From positions 167,268,750-167,332,749 of the forward strand of contig NC_068982.1 in NCBI RefSeq assembly GCF_001194135.2: a stretch of 64,000 nucleotides of DNA, written 5' to 3'. The first letter of the stretch is position 1; every line of letters starts with the position of its first letter. The notes beneath the pieces were generated by a model. That model was not told the origin of the DNA and searched no databases. It saw only the letters and a program-made list of their open reading frames with translations. The translations under genes and the position numbers were made by a program. Of the stretch, positions 12,085 to 25,386 are shown one piece after another. The DNA is from Octopus bimaculoides. Its lineage: Eukaryota.

Positions 12085-12280
12085 CATAGTGCTGGTGCCA
12101 TGTAAAAAGCATCTAGTATACTCTGTTAAATGGTTGGTATTAGGAAGGGCATCTAGTTATAAACACCATGGCAAAATGAGATTTTGGACCAAGACATGGG
12201 TCCCTAGCCTGTTGAATCTTGTCAAAATGTCCAACTCACAACAGCATGAAAAGTGGACCTAAAAATGATGAAGATGCTGT
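12085..12280 (+). mobile_element. Old RTE-related 3' end fragment
   Basis: GTAAAAAGCATCTAGTATACTCTG...TGGTTGGTATTAGGAAGGGCATCTAG...GTCCAAC...AGCATGAAAAG...AAATGATGAAGATG, a diverged version of 8460-8643. Confidence 0.65.
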
Positions 12281-13154
12281 TGACAATGAACAGAGATAAC
12301 TGTAAAAGAACAAAAATTAACAGGCTTCCACACAATTTCCACCTGCCAAATTCCACTGAGGCTACACTAGAAGATAAATCCCCAAGGTGTCAGTTGTGAG
12401 ATCATACTTGGAATCTTGTGGTTATAAAATGAATATTTTTAACCTGATGACTATATCAGTTATGACTTTGACAGTAACCCTGTAGTTTCATTATTTGTGC
12501 TCACCATACACAAAGCTTCAGCAGTGCAAATTGTGGTTACTCAACAACACCCATATATTTGTTTTGACGTTTTGGCTGGTGTAGATACCACACAATCCAC
12601 CTTCTCACATACACTGTCACTGACACCTATATCATAATTGATATCTAATTGAGGGTTACTTAGTATTAAATTCTTTAACAGCTTGATCACATCAACCTTA
12701 TTAAAAAGTAAGTTATTTGGCACCTGTTTAAAAATAGCTTTTATAAGAATTTGGTTTTGTCAAAGGTTGTTAATAAAGTTAGTTGGGCTGGTTGTTAAAT
12801 TTTTTTTTCTATTAACTTGCTGTTGGCAGTATATAAAAAAAGACAATGCAGCAAAAAACAGAAAACAACAAATTACATTCTTTGATTTATTGTTTTCCTT
12901 ACTGTTTAATCTTTCTTTGATTTGACTTAGTCATGTCTCTAATAATACTGACTAAACTTAAGGCCACAAACTTGTAGAAAAAGGAATGTATGATTGAACT
13001 ATCCCTCCAGCGAAACTTGGTACTAATTTTACCTACATCAAATATAATGTAGAATATGTTGTTGATTGACCTTAGTAGGATTTAAGGACAAAACGAAATA
13101 CTGTAAGACCTATTTAACCCTATTACCTATTATTTCATTTACTGGTTTAATATA

Positions 13155-13362
13155 CAGGGTGTCCACAAAGTCTGGGTACAAGGGGATTAACACATACTTT
13201 AAGAAATTATTATTTCTTGTATTTAATTGTTTATGTTATGATTTTATTTACTCCATGTACCCACATGGGGATTAACACATACTTTAAGAAATTATTATTT
13301 CTTATATTTAATTATGTTATGATTTTATTTACTCCATGTACCCAAACTTTGTGGACACCCTG
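13155..13362. mobile_element. Tc1/mariner-type MITE with 26-bp terminal inverted repeats (TIRs), TA TSD and an internal ~85-bp tandem duplication
   Basis: TA|CAGGGTGTCCACAAAGTCTGGGTACA (13155-13180) and TGTACCCAAACTTTGTGGACACCCTG|TA (13337-13362), 1 mismatch; GGGGATTAACAC...CATGTACCCA at 13182 and 13267. Confidence 0.92.
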
Positions 13363-16188
13363 TAGTATGACTAATAGTAATTTTTTTGACCAGGTTGCAC
13401 AATGCCAATGTTTGGTGGGAGATAGGTATATTTGATTTGACCTTAAAATATTACTAGGACATATTTTGGTTCCATAGTAATATAAAACAGACCCAATTCA
13501 AGGTGTTAAGGTGTCAAGGTCTTAAGAGATATTACATTCAACACTACATATATAGGCTTTTACACCATCTAAAGAATCAAATGTTTCAAACAAAACACAA
13601 TATCAAAAGATTGTTTCATGATTCTCTATAAAATTCCAACCACCTTACGACTTCCAGAATAGCTGGAATTTCCACAGGCACTATTTGTAGTATTTTATTG
13701 CTCTTTAATGACATGGTCCCTATGTTAAGGAATGTGTATATGTATAAAAATATTGTTCCTTAAAACAACAAATGAATATACAAATCAAAATGTATTGTTT
13801 ATAGAAACAAAATGTGAGATTAATAGTTTGATAAGCTTACACTTTTCAATGGCCAGAATGTGTGCATGTGTTACTGTATCTGATTGAGCAGTTGAATGTC
13901 AATCTTTCATATGTGGAAACAATAAGAAATTAGTATAATTGGCAACTCATTAGGAGAGAAACATCATAAAAGCACACCATGAAAATCATAACTGTTCAAC
14001 TAATTGGTGTTGAAGATATAGATTTTTGCTGCTACTTGACACTGAGTTGGGACATGCTTCGTTAGCAGTAAGATGACTTTATAGAGATGGATGTGGAAAA
14101 AAACTTGCAACAAATGTAATCTGTAGACAACTCAAAGTAGAAATTATACTGCAGTGTGGCTTGATGAGCTATTGTGGAGTCAATTAAGTTAATATTTATG
14201 AATGGAAATGAAGGAATTATATGCAGTAATGATTTTTGTGTCATGTGTATTAAGTTTTCTTTCTCTGAAAGAGACATGCTTAATTTCAAAAATAGTAAAA
14301 TGCTGTGTTACTTTTTAAGCAATATATATTTTAAAAATTTATTTGAAAGTTTCATATTTTTTTTTTTACTTTTGAATAAGAGACAAGCAGAAGAATTCTG
14401 CTCTTATATTTCTTGCGCTTTTAATTATTTTGAGATTTATTGTTTTACATAATATAATTCCTTGGTTACCTATAGCTTAAATTACATTTAAATCACTGGG
14501 TACCTATAGCATACTTAAGTCATATCCATTTTCAGTATGTTTTGGCAGATTTGAACATAAATATTTTTTTATATTTAGTTTGTCTTAAATTGAATGGTTC
14601 GTCACCCATTAACTTTTAGGATAGTTGATTGCATAGATCCTTTGAAAGTTATATTTGTGGAAGCTGGTTGGACAGTGTTCTTATTGACCTTTCCCCATGT
14701 TGCCTTTGAAATAGTTTAAAAAGAAATGTTGATTAATTAAGAAAATAATGATTACACACTCTCTCTCTCTCTTACATGTTCCTCATATCTGTACCAGATT
14801 AAAATTTAATATCAAACAATTGGATTTCACCTGATATGATCTTGTAGGCATAAAAACTGTCTCCATTACTGGATTAGTCACTGAAAAATCTGCACTACAT
14901 ACATAGTTTTAATGCTTTTAATTTTTAAGGTTTAGACATTTTGTGCTATTACAACTTCCTGTTTCATCAGATTTCTAATGCAACTAAATGTTTTCCCTTC
15001 TTTTGTGTTGTATTGTAAAAATGAAAAGTAATTGATTTGAAGTGTATTGCAAAAGGCTGTTGTTAGTTCATAGATGTTTAATCTTTAGTTGGGTAGATTC
15101 TTCCACTATATAGAACCTCCTGCTAGATGGAAGCTTTTCATACTGAAACAAGTGATGAAGTAGATGCAGTGGAAATGTAGTTAGTTATATTGATCTTGAC
15201 TTGTGCTGTTTTGTAATTTAATTGTCAGCTCTTTTATAACTTGCATCATAGTATTGAGATTGCTATACCACTTACTAAATTTTTTTCCTTTTATCTTTGA
15301 AAATTCTTTTCTAAACTGTATAATACCATGATCTTTAATTAAAGAAACTGCATTACGTTATAAAGTAATGCATTTCTACAACCAACTTAATTAAAGTTGA
15401 TGTAAATAAAGCTCTAGGTTTTATTTCTTTTTGTGCTGTAGTTCTCCACTACCAACAACCTACAAAAAAAAAAAAGAAGCTCAAATGGAAGCAGTCTTGA
15501 TAAAAGATAACTATGAAGTCTGAAAGATTTAGATTTATAGTAGTTTTTCCTAATTGTTGATAACTAACAGAACAAAATGAACCAAGTAGTTCTATACACT
15601 TTGAAATAGAAAGTTCACTTGTTTAAGAAGAGTAACTAGGATTAACCTTATCCTTGTTGCTGTGTGACATTAATGATGTGAATGATATACTGCACACAAC
15701 ATTCCTTCTGACTTATACTCTCCACATTTGTTAACCTAATGCTGTTATTTAAACTGAATCTGTCAATATAACAAGTTTCTTTAAGTTACTATAAAACATT
15801 ATTTCCAATGCTTGACACATTTTTCTGCAACAAAAATGCAGTTACTGCTGTAATTGTTAACTAAGGGCTTATCGATTGATTTAAATTTCATACTTGTGGA
15901 TTATTTCATTAGAAAATGTTGACACGAATTTAATGTTAGAATATTGAAATTATATTTAACTGCTGAAACTGCTTTACACTCTTATTTCTACTGCCAGTCT
16001 ATCCAGAGCTGGATCTACCTCTCAACCTTTTAATGCTGTGAAACTTGAGCTTAATATTTCAAAGGCTTTTGAAGACATATTCACTGAAAGTGCTTATCAT
16101 GAACTGAATTTTTGCAATAATTTCTACATGCAAACATGCATAATATTAAAAATCAATCCATTACTGATCATTTCTTTAACATGATTTG

Positions 16189-16190
<2 letters not shown>

Positions 16191-16226
<36 letters not shown>
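16191..16226. repeat. (TG)18 microsatellite
   Basis: Direct reading. Confidence 0.98.
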
Positions 16227-16227
<1 letters not shown>

Positions 16228-17069
16228 AGGAATTTTGAGTGGGGCTTATGAAAAATCTTTATAAACATTTATTTATATGAAAGGATGCTTGGAACATAAA
16301 ATTATGAGAGGACTTTTCTTGGTTGGTAACTTGTGTAAACAGTCTTAGTCAGTTTGGTAAGTCAAAGGTTAAGAGACGTGTACATTCAGTTGTATTTCCA
16401 TATACACAAATACACATGCTTCATATGAGGGTCTGCTACAATACTTTTGATTTAACTTATGGTGTTAACTTGCTGAGCTTGATTTTTATGCTTGTTCCTC
16501 TATTGGGGCTGAAGTTTGCCGTAGGGTTCTTCTTGGTTATGTCTATATTTTTGTTTTTTAGTTCATAGCATAATTGGGACATTATGCTCTTTATCTGTTA
16601 AAAAGAAGTTTGTAATCATAACTCCTGAAATATTTTCAGTATATTAAACAAAATAAATTTTGGTGTTTTCTTTTGTGTGTACTTGAATTTGTAGTATTTC
16701 ATTAGACTATGATCGCACGAACTGGTGATTAGACTAGATCAGAAACAAAACCTTTAAGAGTATCATTTCATTACAAGCTAAATTAGTCTTGGGTTAAGCT
16801 AGTTTAATCAGATTTAGTTAATTATTTGTTCTTATGTATTCCTCTCTCATAGCTTCTGAGTATATAAGCTTTGTTGCAACCGTTCAAATTAGTAACACAG
16901 TCTCAAAACTACTTTTTTACAGGTCATATGCATTATGTTATTTATTAATGATCATAAAAAAAAAAACAAATATATTATCCAGAAAGGAATATTTAATGTG
17001 AGAACATTAGAGGCAATGTTTTACATATAAATCTGTAGATTTCATTGTTTGACATTCTTTTACTAATTT

Positions 17070-17832
17070 CACTCATTGAACCTCTTGACATTCTGTGGCA
17101 CTGCTTTCAAGGTACTGTTGATTATAATGGCTCTAATAACTATTGATTGGAACTTCTTGGGTAGGATTTTAACACAGAACGTAAATGAACTCAAACAAAT
17201 ACCCCAGGTTATTTTGAATGATGCTCTACTAATTCTGCCTTTTCCTACCCATACTTGTGGAATTGAGTTTGTATCACAGGTTCTCATTTTAAATTGATGG
17301 ATGTAACGACTTCTATTTGAGCTTTTATAAAATCTCTTTGTGTCTATAAGACATGCCACTTAAAAAAGTAGCAGCCTTTTTATCCTTGGCAAAACTCTTG
17401 AAATACATTCTGTTCTTTAGGGCACAATATCCTAATCTTTTCTGCCTTGAGGCACCCTTGCCAAGCCTTTCAGAAATCCGTTCCCCACCCTATTAGAAAA
17501 TCTAATATGATAGTTGTTTTTTGATTCAACATCAATATAACAAAACTTTGTCCCTGTATAATAACATCTGTGTCAGAAAACTATGTCCTTGGAATTGATA
17601 ATAAAGAATTTTCTTTATTTTCACTAATGTTGATATAATAAACATAAAATAGATGACAATGCAAAAATGTAATAGACAACAATACAAAATATAAGATGAC
17701 AATAATATTTATTGTTAAAATAGTATCAAATTATATTTTTGACTTTAAATGATCAATCATGATACCACATATGTATATATATTTCGCAGCACCCCTCAGT
17801 TGATCTTGCGGCACACCAGTTGGGAACCTGTG
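17070..17832 (-). mobile_element. Decayed hAT (Charlie/Buster-like) remnant: transposase fragment plus a TIR-like end
   Basis: Minus ORF 17069-17359 contains LPKKFQSIVIRAIIINSTLKAVPQNVKRF, aligning by eye to the hAT motif LPxxLxSVLxxAVKxVNFIKxxPLNxRxF; GCGGCACACCAGTTGGGAACC at 17808-17828 resembles hAT terminal sequence; joining the two parts is inferred. Confidence 0.45.
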
Positions 17833-20113
17833 CTTTAGGGTATCTCTACGTAAAACTTATTATTTATCATTATTAGGCTTTATCTTTCTCTTTCATTTAA
17901 TCAAATTCCAATAGAAATTCAGCAAATCATAAAACTATCTTTGAAAGATTTGACAGCACTAAATCTGCCATACCTCAAAGATCGTTTAGTAAATTTCATC
18001 TTAACCAAGACCTTGTTGAAGAAAAAATTTCCTTACAGTTGCCTATTAAGAGGTAATTTTTCCCCCGCTTAGAGTCTCCTTACTACCTGTAGGTACCAGG
18101 AATATACTATGCACTTAAATGAAAAACAAAACAAACTTGAAACATGCATTTGTATACTGATTAATTTATCACTATTTCTTACAGAATGTCTAATCGTCTC
18201 TCGCAGAACCTTAGGATTCTGGGGAGCCTTGGTTGGGAAATACTTCTCTAATGTATTTTGATTAGCTGATATTAGAGTCAACTCTCTTGGTTGTTGTTTT
18301 TAGATTTAAACATCTAAAGTGGGATTTTTTGATAACTATTTGCATGGTAAATCAAAGCTTTTTCAATTCACAGTATTATATATATGACTCCCAACAGTAT
18401 GTATATTTAGTATACAGAATGTTCCCTTGAGATACTTCCCTCTCAGCTTTATTGTTGCTGTTATCTTTAGCATGATGGTATTTGGGTATGTTTATTGCAA
18501 ATATTCAATTTGTGAATTTCCTGTTTGGTGAATAGTTGTCCTGATATATATCTATTTTGGGTTAGATCAGCAAAGTTTAAGGGATTTCATTTAAATAGTG
18601 ATCAAGTACTGTAGTACATAATCTAGTTTGGTTTCATTTAAGTGTTTTCACTGATTAACAGAGGTGTATGTGTGTTTGTTTATTTTTTTATGCATAAATT
18701 ATTCAAAGAAAAGTATATAGTAATTATGAAAGCTGACTTTGAGTTTTGTATTATTGATGAAACAGTATTCTAGGTATAAATAAAAATTATAAAATACAAA
18801 GCGAAAAGGAATTCCAAAAAGTAAAATGTAAGACAGACTACTTGTGATTGTTGATTACTTGGATTAAAGTGCAACTTTTATCTGTTTTGCCAAAGGTCAA
18901 AAGTTTGCTTCTTGTGCCAAAATCCAATAGCTATCATGGTATAAGAAAAGCATAGCTTTTAATTGTTTATACCTAAATGAACACAGTACAGTTTCTGTAC
19001 CATTTAAATACCAGTTATTAGTCCAGTAATCTAACCACTCATCCACCACCCATTTTTACTTGGTTAATGTACTTTCAACTGTGTGTCACACATTCTGTGC
19101 TTCTGGAAATTCTATCACACCTCTCATGATATTTTGTCTTGCATCACCTTACTATGCTGTTTTGCAGTTGGGAAATTAGAGTTAATTAGCTAGTAGATAA
19201 AGTTTAGACAGTGCTGAAAGATGCTAATCGGTGGTATCAAGGTACAAGTTAGACATAAGATAAGATAGATGCATCTTTCTAAATTAAATTCTACATTAAA
19301 ACAGGAAATTTGATTGCATTGCATATGAAGATTTTGCTATAGACATGGTTGTATGAAGGGTTGTCATTAATGTGGTAGTTACTGTTCCAAATTTTAAGGT
19401 TATGGTCATTGAAAATTAGAAAACCTGTTTTTTAATATTTAGAAAATATAAATTTTATCAGATTTAGTGAAAAAGAATGATGCATCTGCAAAGTTATTTT
19501 CGAGACCTATCAAAGAGCACTTATAATTCATTCAGCCTCAGGAAAAATGCAGCTATCCATCCATTAAAAACAAATCCTAATAAGGAAAAATTAATCCTTT
19601 TGAACTTGAAAATGAATAATATTTTTAGTTCAGTTCACATTTTTTGTTGTATTTCTCACTAAAAATCCTATTAAAAAGTATGCTGGATAAATCACTGCAA
19701 TTCCATTATACCCTAGTCTCTATATATTATGCAAAGAAAACTAAATATTGATTAGTTGAAGACTGTTTATTCATTTGCCTTGCAACATCTTTTTGGTATT
19801 CTGCAGAAAAAAATACAAAAACAAAAACATAATAAACTTGTCCATATTCCATAAGTTTCATGATAAGAAATGTATAGTAAGGTATACCTAACAATAATAA
19901 AAATTTTAGCCATCATTGTGATGTGCAATCTAAATGTTTACAAATATAAGTAAATGTCTTTTTTGTCATTCTCTGAACAAGAAAAGGCAGTGATTTGGCC
20001 AGTTGCCCCTCTAAATGGAGTTTTCATCAGACATGAAGAGAGCTCCTACAATAAGCTATTTATAGTCATAATATATTATAACCTTGCTATATTGGTTAGT
20101 CTGATTTGTTTAA

Positions 20114-20306
20114 CCCTTTAGTATTCAGATTACTCCTGTGAAATGTAATGTTTATATATTCACATTGCTGTGAGATTTCTGTGATGTGACTCTTTACTTT
20201 AAGAATGATATTGCAGGGTATATGGAAGAGGCTGGACTTGGCTAGTTTTAACAATAAAGGGGGTAGAATATTTAAGCTGGATGTGGCTGGTTTGAATACT
20301 AAAGGG
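20114..20306. mobile_element. piggyBac-type MITE (193 bp), 14-bp perfect TIRs, TTAA TSD
   Basis: TTAA|CCCTTTAGTATTCA (20114-20127) ... TGAATACTAAAGGG|TTAA (20293-20306). Confidence 0.85.
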
Positions 20307-21310
20307 TTAATAGTCTTTTTGTTGATTGTGTGATTAATTAATTTATAATGCATTAAACAGTGTACATTCCATAATTTGTTTAGTGCATCATTAATCTATA
20401 AGTTTAAATTGTAATTTAGCAGGCTTGGAAGATATTTACAGAATGCAGTTGCTAAGAATATAGCATAAGCGAATTCATAGCTCTAGATTTTGGTGATGTG
20501 TCAGTGCTAATATATAGTCATGTAAAAATAGTTTGCAAGTTTCTCTACAACCTCCTTTTATTTGTTATTTTTCTTTAGTCACTATAAGTGGAGCACGTAT
20601 ATACACCTTCCTGTCCATAGTTATGGAGCTGAGTGTATTCAGTTGTTGCTGTTGCAGAAGTTTAGAGATACTATAGTGTTTGTGTGGCTGTGGTATAATA
20701 ATAGTTCAAATGAATAGCTTCTTTCTTAAGAAGGCAACTACTTCGAATATTTTCTTATTCTTTTGTCTATTTAAATTGGAACAATGTAAACTTAATTTAT
20801 AAATTTACCTATTTAAATTGGAGCAATTTAATGAGAAGGTAGATTTCTAAATTAAATTTACATTCTAATTCATGCTCATAAATTTTGCTTTAAATTTTTT
20901 AAATAATATTTTGAAAAAGTTGGTAGTGAGTTATGTGAGCTTGAAATAGCTACTCTTTGCATCTATTACTAGTCGTAACTAAACTAAACCATTTATAGTA
21001 TAAAGAGTTTAGCTGATATCTGATAATTAGTTTGCAGTCCAAATTAATATTAATTTCAGTGTATTTTTCATGACAGTATCTAAAGATTGATTCATCATTA
21101 TTATCTGCCTATGACTCAGAGATAGTTCATTAAACAAAGCATTTAACTGACATTTTCTTTCAACGGCTGTCCTATTTTTACTGAGGGCATGTTATTGTAA
21201 AATGTAAGGCTTGTGTTTATTCTAAAGAGTTTAGGTAGTGTGTTGGTTCTAAACTGAGTTGGTTGGACAACTAAATAGATCTTTTAGTAGCTCAGTATCA
21301 TTCTAGTACT

Positions 21311-21330
21311 TGTGCGTGCGTGCGCACGCG

Positions 21331-21415
<85 letters not shown>

Positions 21416-21447
21416 AGACACAGAGAGAGAGAGAGAGAGAGGGAGAG
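21311..21447. repeat. Compound microsatellite (TGCG)n-(CG)n-(CA)n-(GA)n
   Basis: Unbroken purine/pyrimidine alternation 21311-21413, followed by a GA tract. Confidence 0.95.
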
Positions 21448-21849
21448 GTGCTAAAATATATTTTCGCACCTAAGTTGGCCAGTGGCAGGCATATTGTTTT
21501 GGAACACTTATTGGATGTCTGATGCAACACCACCAGATCACCATGATCTCTGTAGTCTGCACTTCAATTCTTGTGACCATCTTATTGCACATGGTATTGT
21601 TCTACACTGTGGATCTCCTCTCAATTCTCTGTACCTTGAACAACAATTTTCTGTCTTAACACAGCCCACATGACTCAAGTTAATAATCTTGTTGCTTTCC
21701 TTTAGTATTGCTGCTTTCCACTTAATGTGTCAACGTACCAATAAACGCCTTCCTGTGCTGGATGCCTTTTTTTTCATTATATCAAAACTAGTGAGGATAC
21801 GACGCAACTTGCAAGACTAAGACCTCTTTCAACTAAATGGGGTTACAAT

Positions 21850-22306
21850 AGAGAGGCAGGCAGGTTAATGTAAGGAGATGAGGGGTTAAAATATGAGAGA
21901 AAGGGCCAGAAGAGAACAGGTTTCATGTTGTAGAGGAATTACATAGCTACATACATAGGAGAGAGGGTGAGAATAACCAGGGTGGATCCTCAAGGTGTGA
22001 AGTGAGTACAAGTAAATGAGGGTAGGTGGGAATTGCAAGAATGTATAGGAGTGTGAGAGATGGTTAGAGATGAAGGGAACGGGTGTCGAGGTAATGTAAT
22101 GAATGAAGAACAAGTGTTTGAGAGATGACAAGTATATGTCGAAGGGAAGAGTAGGTGACAATTGCAGAGATTGGGTAGGGTTGAAGAGTGGGAGTAATCA
22201 ATGATACAGTGATATATATGAGTTAAGGAGAGATAGGGAGAGTTGGAGATAACTGACTGTATAAAAAAGGTGGGATGAAGAGCAGCAGAATAGTAATAAT
22301 GATACA

Positions 22307-22353
<47 letters not shown>

Positions 22354-22680
22354 TGTGGGTGGGTTGCAGTGGTGTGAGGAGGAGAGGCAGGTATAATGTA
22401 TGAGGAGAGTAAGAGATGTATGATGATGGGGGAACAGGGAAATAATTTGGTGGTACAGAAAGGTGATCAATGTAAAATTTGGGTGAGAAGAACAGTATTG
22501 AGAATGAAGAATGGCTAACAAGTGAAATGGTTCCAGATAGTGAGAAAGATAAGTGGTATTGGGGAAAAGCTGGGGAAGTATTCAGGTCTGCTTACATTTA
22601 ATTACGGCAGCAGAATACTGCATTTAGAGAGGTGAAGGATGGTGGGAATGGCTAAAGGAAGAAATTGGGTGAAGGGTTCA
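21850..22680 (-). mobile_element. Highly decayed non-LTR retrotransposon RT fragment (clade uncertain), interrupted by (GA)n at ~22308-22351
   Basis: Purine-rich plus strand; minus frame TP*GSTL at 21998-21978 resembles the RT motif GxPQGSxL; possible YRPISLL remnant near 22520-22545. Confidence 0.4.
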
Positions 22681-22684
22681 GTTC

Positions 22685-22691
22685 TGCGTGT

Positions 22692-22735
<44 letters not shown>

Positions 22736-22748
22736 CCGCTCGCTCGCT
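22685..22748. repeat. CpG-rich (GCAC)10 plus (GCTC)n microsatellite
   Basis: Direct reading. Confidence 0.95.
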
Positions 22749-23217
22749 CACAGCCCATTCTGAATCTCAATTTCACTGAGATGAGCAGGTTTTCTTAAGA
22801 ACTGCATACTGCCAGTTGTCTTGGTTTCACATCATCTCCTCTGTGAAGTTCAAGGTCCTGAGATCAGCCTTCACCACATTGTCCTGTCTTCCTCTTCTGC
22901 AAGTCCCATCTACATTGATTGGCATGTCTTTATACAACTGTCCTCATCCATATGCATCATATATTCATATCAATGCAATTTTCTTTTTTGCACACTACAT
23001 CTGATTCATCTAATATCCAGTTTTTATCTCAAAATATTTGTACTTTGTTGTTCATTCACACTTACAATGCACATTCAGTGGAGCATGCTTGCTTCATTTC
23101 TTTCCAGTCATTTAAAGTCCTCTGCATTCAAGGCTCATGGTTCACTACTATGCACCATTGCAGTTCCAACACAAACGTCATGCAATCTGCCCGTCACTTT
23201 AAGGGAAAAGTCATTTG

Positions 23218-23802
23218 GGATCTTTTTTAAAACGGGGGCCACATTTTTCATTAATGTTTTACGTAGTGTTTTTGGTACCGAAAGACTTTCAAACTTCGTA
23301 AACTTATCTATTTTGTGTTATAGAACAGAAAAATATTTTTGTATTCGAATTTATTTCATGTAAAAAATAGTCTTATTTCGATAATTTCAACCAATCACTG
23401 ACAAGTATTCAGTTGTTTACATTTACTCCTTTGGCTCATTAAGCGATGTAAAGCGTATTTAATCTCCATACCTTCGTTTTATTTGCTTTTTTCATTTTAA
23501 ATTTGCTTTAACCCTAACCCTAACCCTAACCATAGGGTTAGGGTTAGAGTTAGGGTTAGGGTTAATTTTTTCAGAATCGTTTGTTTATGTAGTCGGCACT
23601 TAATGTATATCGGCTGAATGGACGTCAGTGATTGGTTGAAATTACAGAAATACGACAACTTTAACATGGAATAATTTATGGATTTCTTTTTTTTTAAGAA
23701 GACTAAGAGAAAAAGATGTTTTATATGACACATTCTACCAGTGTTCCAATTTTCAAAGTGTTTCGTTAATGAAAAATGTGGCCCCTGTTTTAAAAAAGAT
23801 CC
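23218..23802. mobile_element. Non-autonomous foldback DNA transposon (585 bp), 37-bp TIRs starting GG, 8-bp TSD GTCATTTG; Merlin- or MULE-like
   Basis: TSD at 23210-23217 and 23803-23810; TIR GGATCTTTTTTAAAACGGGGGCCACATTTTTCATTAA (23218-23254) vs 23766-23802 with 1 mismatch; internal inverted repeat 23382-23402/23624-23644. Confidence 0.92.
23509..23564. repeat. Inverted telomeric hexamer array (TAACCC)3 TAACC-ATA-(GGGTTA)5 (one GAGTTA variant)
   Basis: Direct reading; TTAGGG is the common metazoan telomere repeat. Confidence 0.95.
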
Positions 23803-25309
23803 GTCATTTGTTCTCTGCAGCAGTGATAGCTCTCTGAACATTTCCAACTCATTCCTATCCTAGCTTATATACTTTCAGAGCAACCACCTCCCTACTAATT
23901 ATATCTGCTTGGTAACAAAAGCAGTCAACTACTTCTTGTGAGCCATCCAGGCATTTTAGATAATCTATTTCCAGTGTGCTCATAGTATGTACTGTTCCAC
24001 TGCATCTATCTCATATGAAGCTTGGTTTCTCAGTTAGTCTGCCTATGATTCCACAATATTTCCAAAACTCTTCAGATATATTTCTTCACAATAATATCTG
24101 AGAATTAAACATCCTTATCATGATCTAGTTACTGTAAATTTTCCCTGCATTTCCAAGTAGTTTGATTCATCCTTTTAATTATTATTTTTTTTATTCTATA
24201 TATTTTCCTATTTTTCTGTCATATATTTTACTTAATATCCATCAGCATGACTTATCAGTTTCTTTTTTTAAAAAAAGATAGAGGAAAAGAAAAATGGCTG
24301 TCTGTGATATTGTGAGGTTACATTGAAGGTGAGGAAACTCATATGGTAAAGTGTCTAAAAATATAGTAAGAAACTCCACAGAAAACTGCGACTAGCTTAT
24401 CAGTACTGGGCTGTTTGGCTTACTGAGTTTTTTGTTATTGGGATGGGCTATGATGAATAATATTAAGAGGCTGCAAATTTTTTAAAATTTGCAAAGGGGA
24501 AATCACATTGGCTGTAGGGTTAATGTCATACAACTCACAAGATAGCTATTAGTTAAAAAATTACTATATGTTTCTAGGCAGTATATATACTCGGCTTCAG
24601 TCAGCCCCACTAGCTGAAAATCCTGTCCTATCTCATAGTTAGTATGGTGGTCAGCATTGTTCCCTTTAATCCGTGAGTGTGTGTGTGTGTTCACATACTC
24701 AGCTTTGACAATCAGCACACAACAGAAATTGTATGCATAAAAAGTCAGTGGCTTAAAATAATACAGCAATTGATAATTATACATATTAATCATTCTGTAT
24801 GAACATATTTTTTCAGAGGAAGAATTTTGCATAGCCTAAGATTTTTGCACATTCTCACTACTGTACATTTGAGTAAATGCCGGAGGTCAGCTATCTGTAA
24901 AAGCTATTGATCCAACAAAACCATCCCATCTATGATAGTTTAAATATTTTTTTTACTATAAGAGCATAAATAATTTTGTGAATAGCTCTTTAAAAATAAC
25001 TGATTATAACTTTCATCTTGTTCAAATGATTTTCATTGATTTAGAATTAATTAACATTTTTTAAGTTGTGTGAAAAGGAGAAATGTGCATATTACTTCCT
25101 TTTCTTTTTTCAGTTTGATGATTTCATTGGTATAATTGTTGCTATTACATAAAACTGTTCTTAAGTGTTAAACCCACTTGCTAGTTTAATCCATTCACAT
25201 GGAGACGTACCTTCACTGAATTAAGAGCTATAAAATTACAAATGATGGTGGTGACATTGATACTCTGTTTTGCCACTAATTCTCTGAAGACTGATTTATT
25301 AAATCTTTC

Positions 25310-25386
25310 ATTACTAATCTTTATTTGTTTTGTTTTTAATAGCTCCCTACGCAATTATATATGTTGTGACTTTCAATATTTTGCAG
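25310..25386 (+). promoter_or_regulatory. 3' splice acceptor region of the kinase exon
   Basis: T-rich tract ending ATTTTGCAG at 25386; candidate branch points CTAAT (25314) or GTGAC (25366). Confidence 0.75.

Noticed and set aside
23509-23564. Ancient telomere-telomere chromosome fusion site
   Set aside because: The order is (CCCTAA)n then (TTAGGG)n, opposite to a fusion scar, and the array lies inside a TIR/TSD-bounded element
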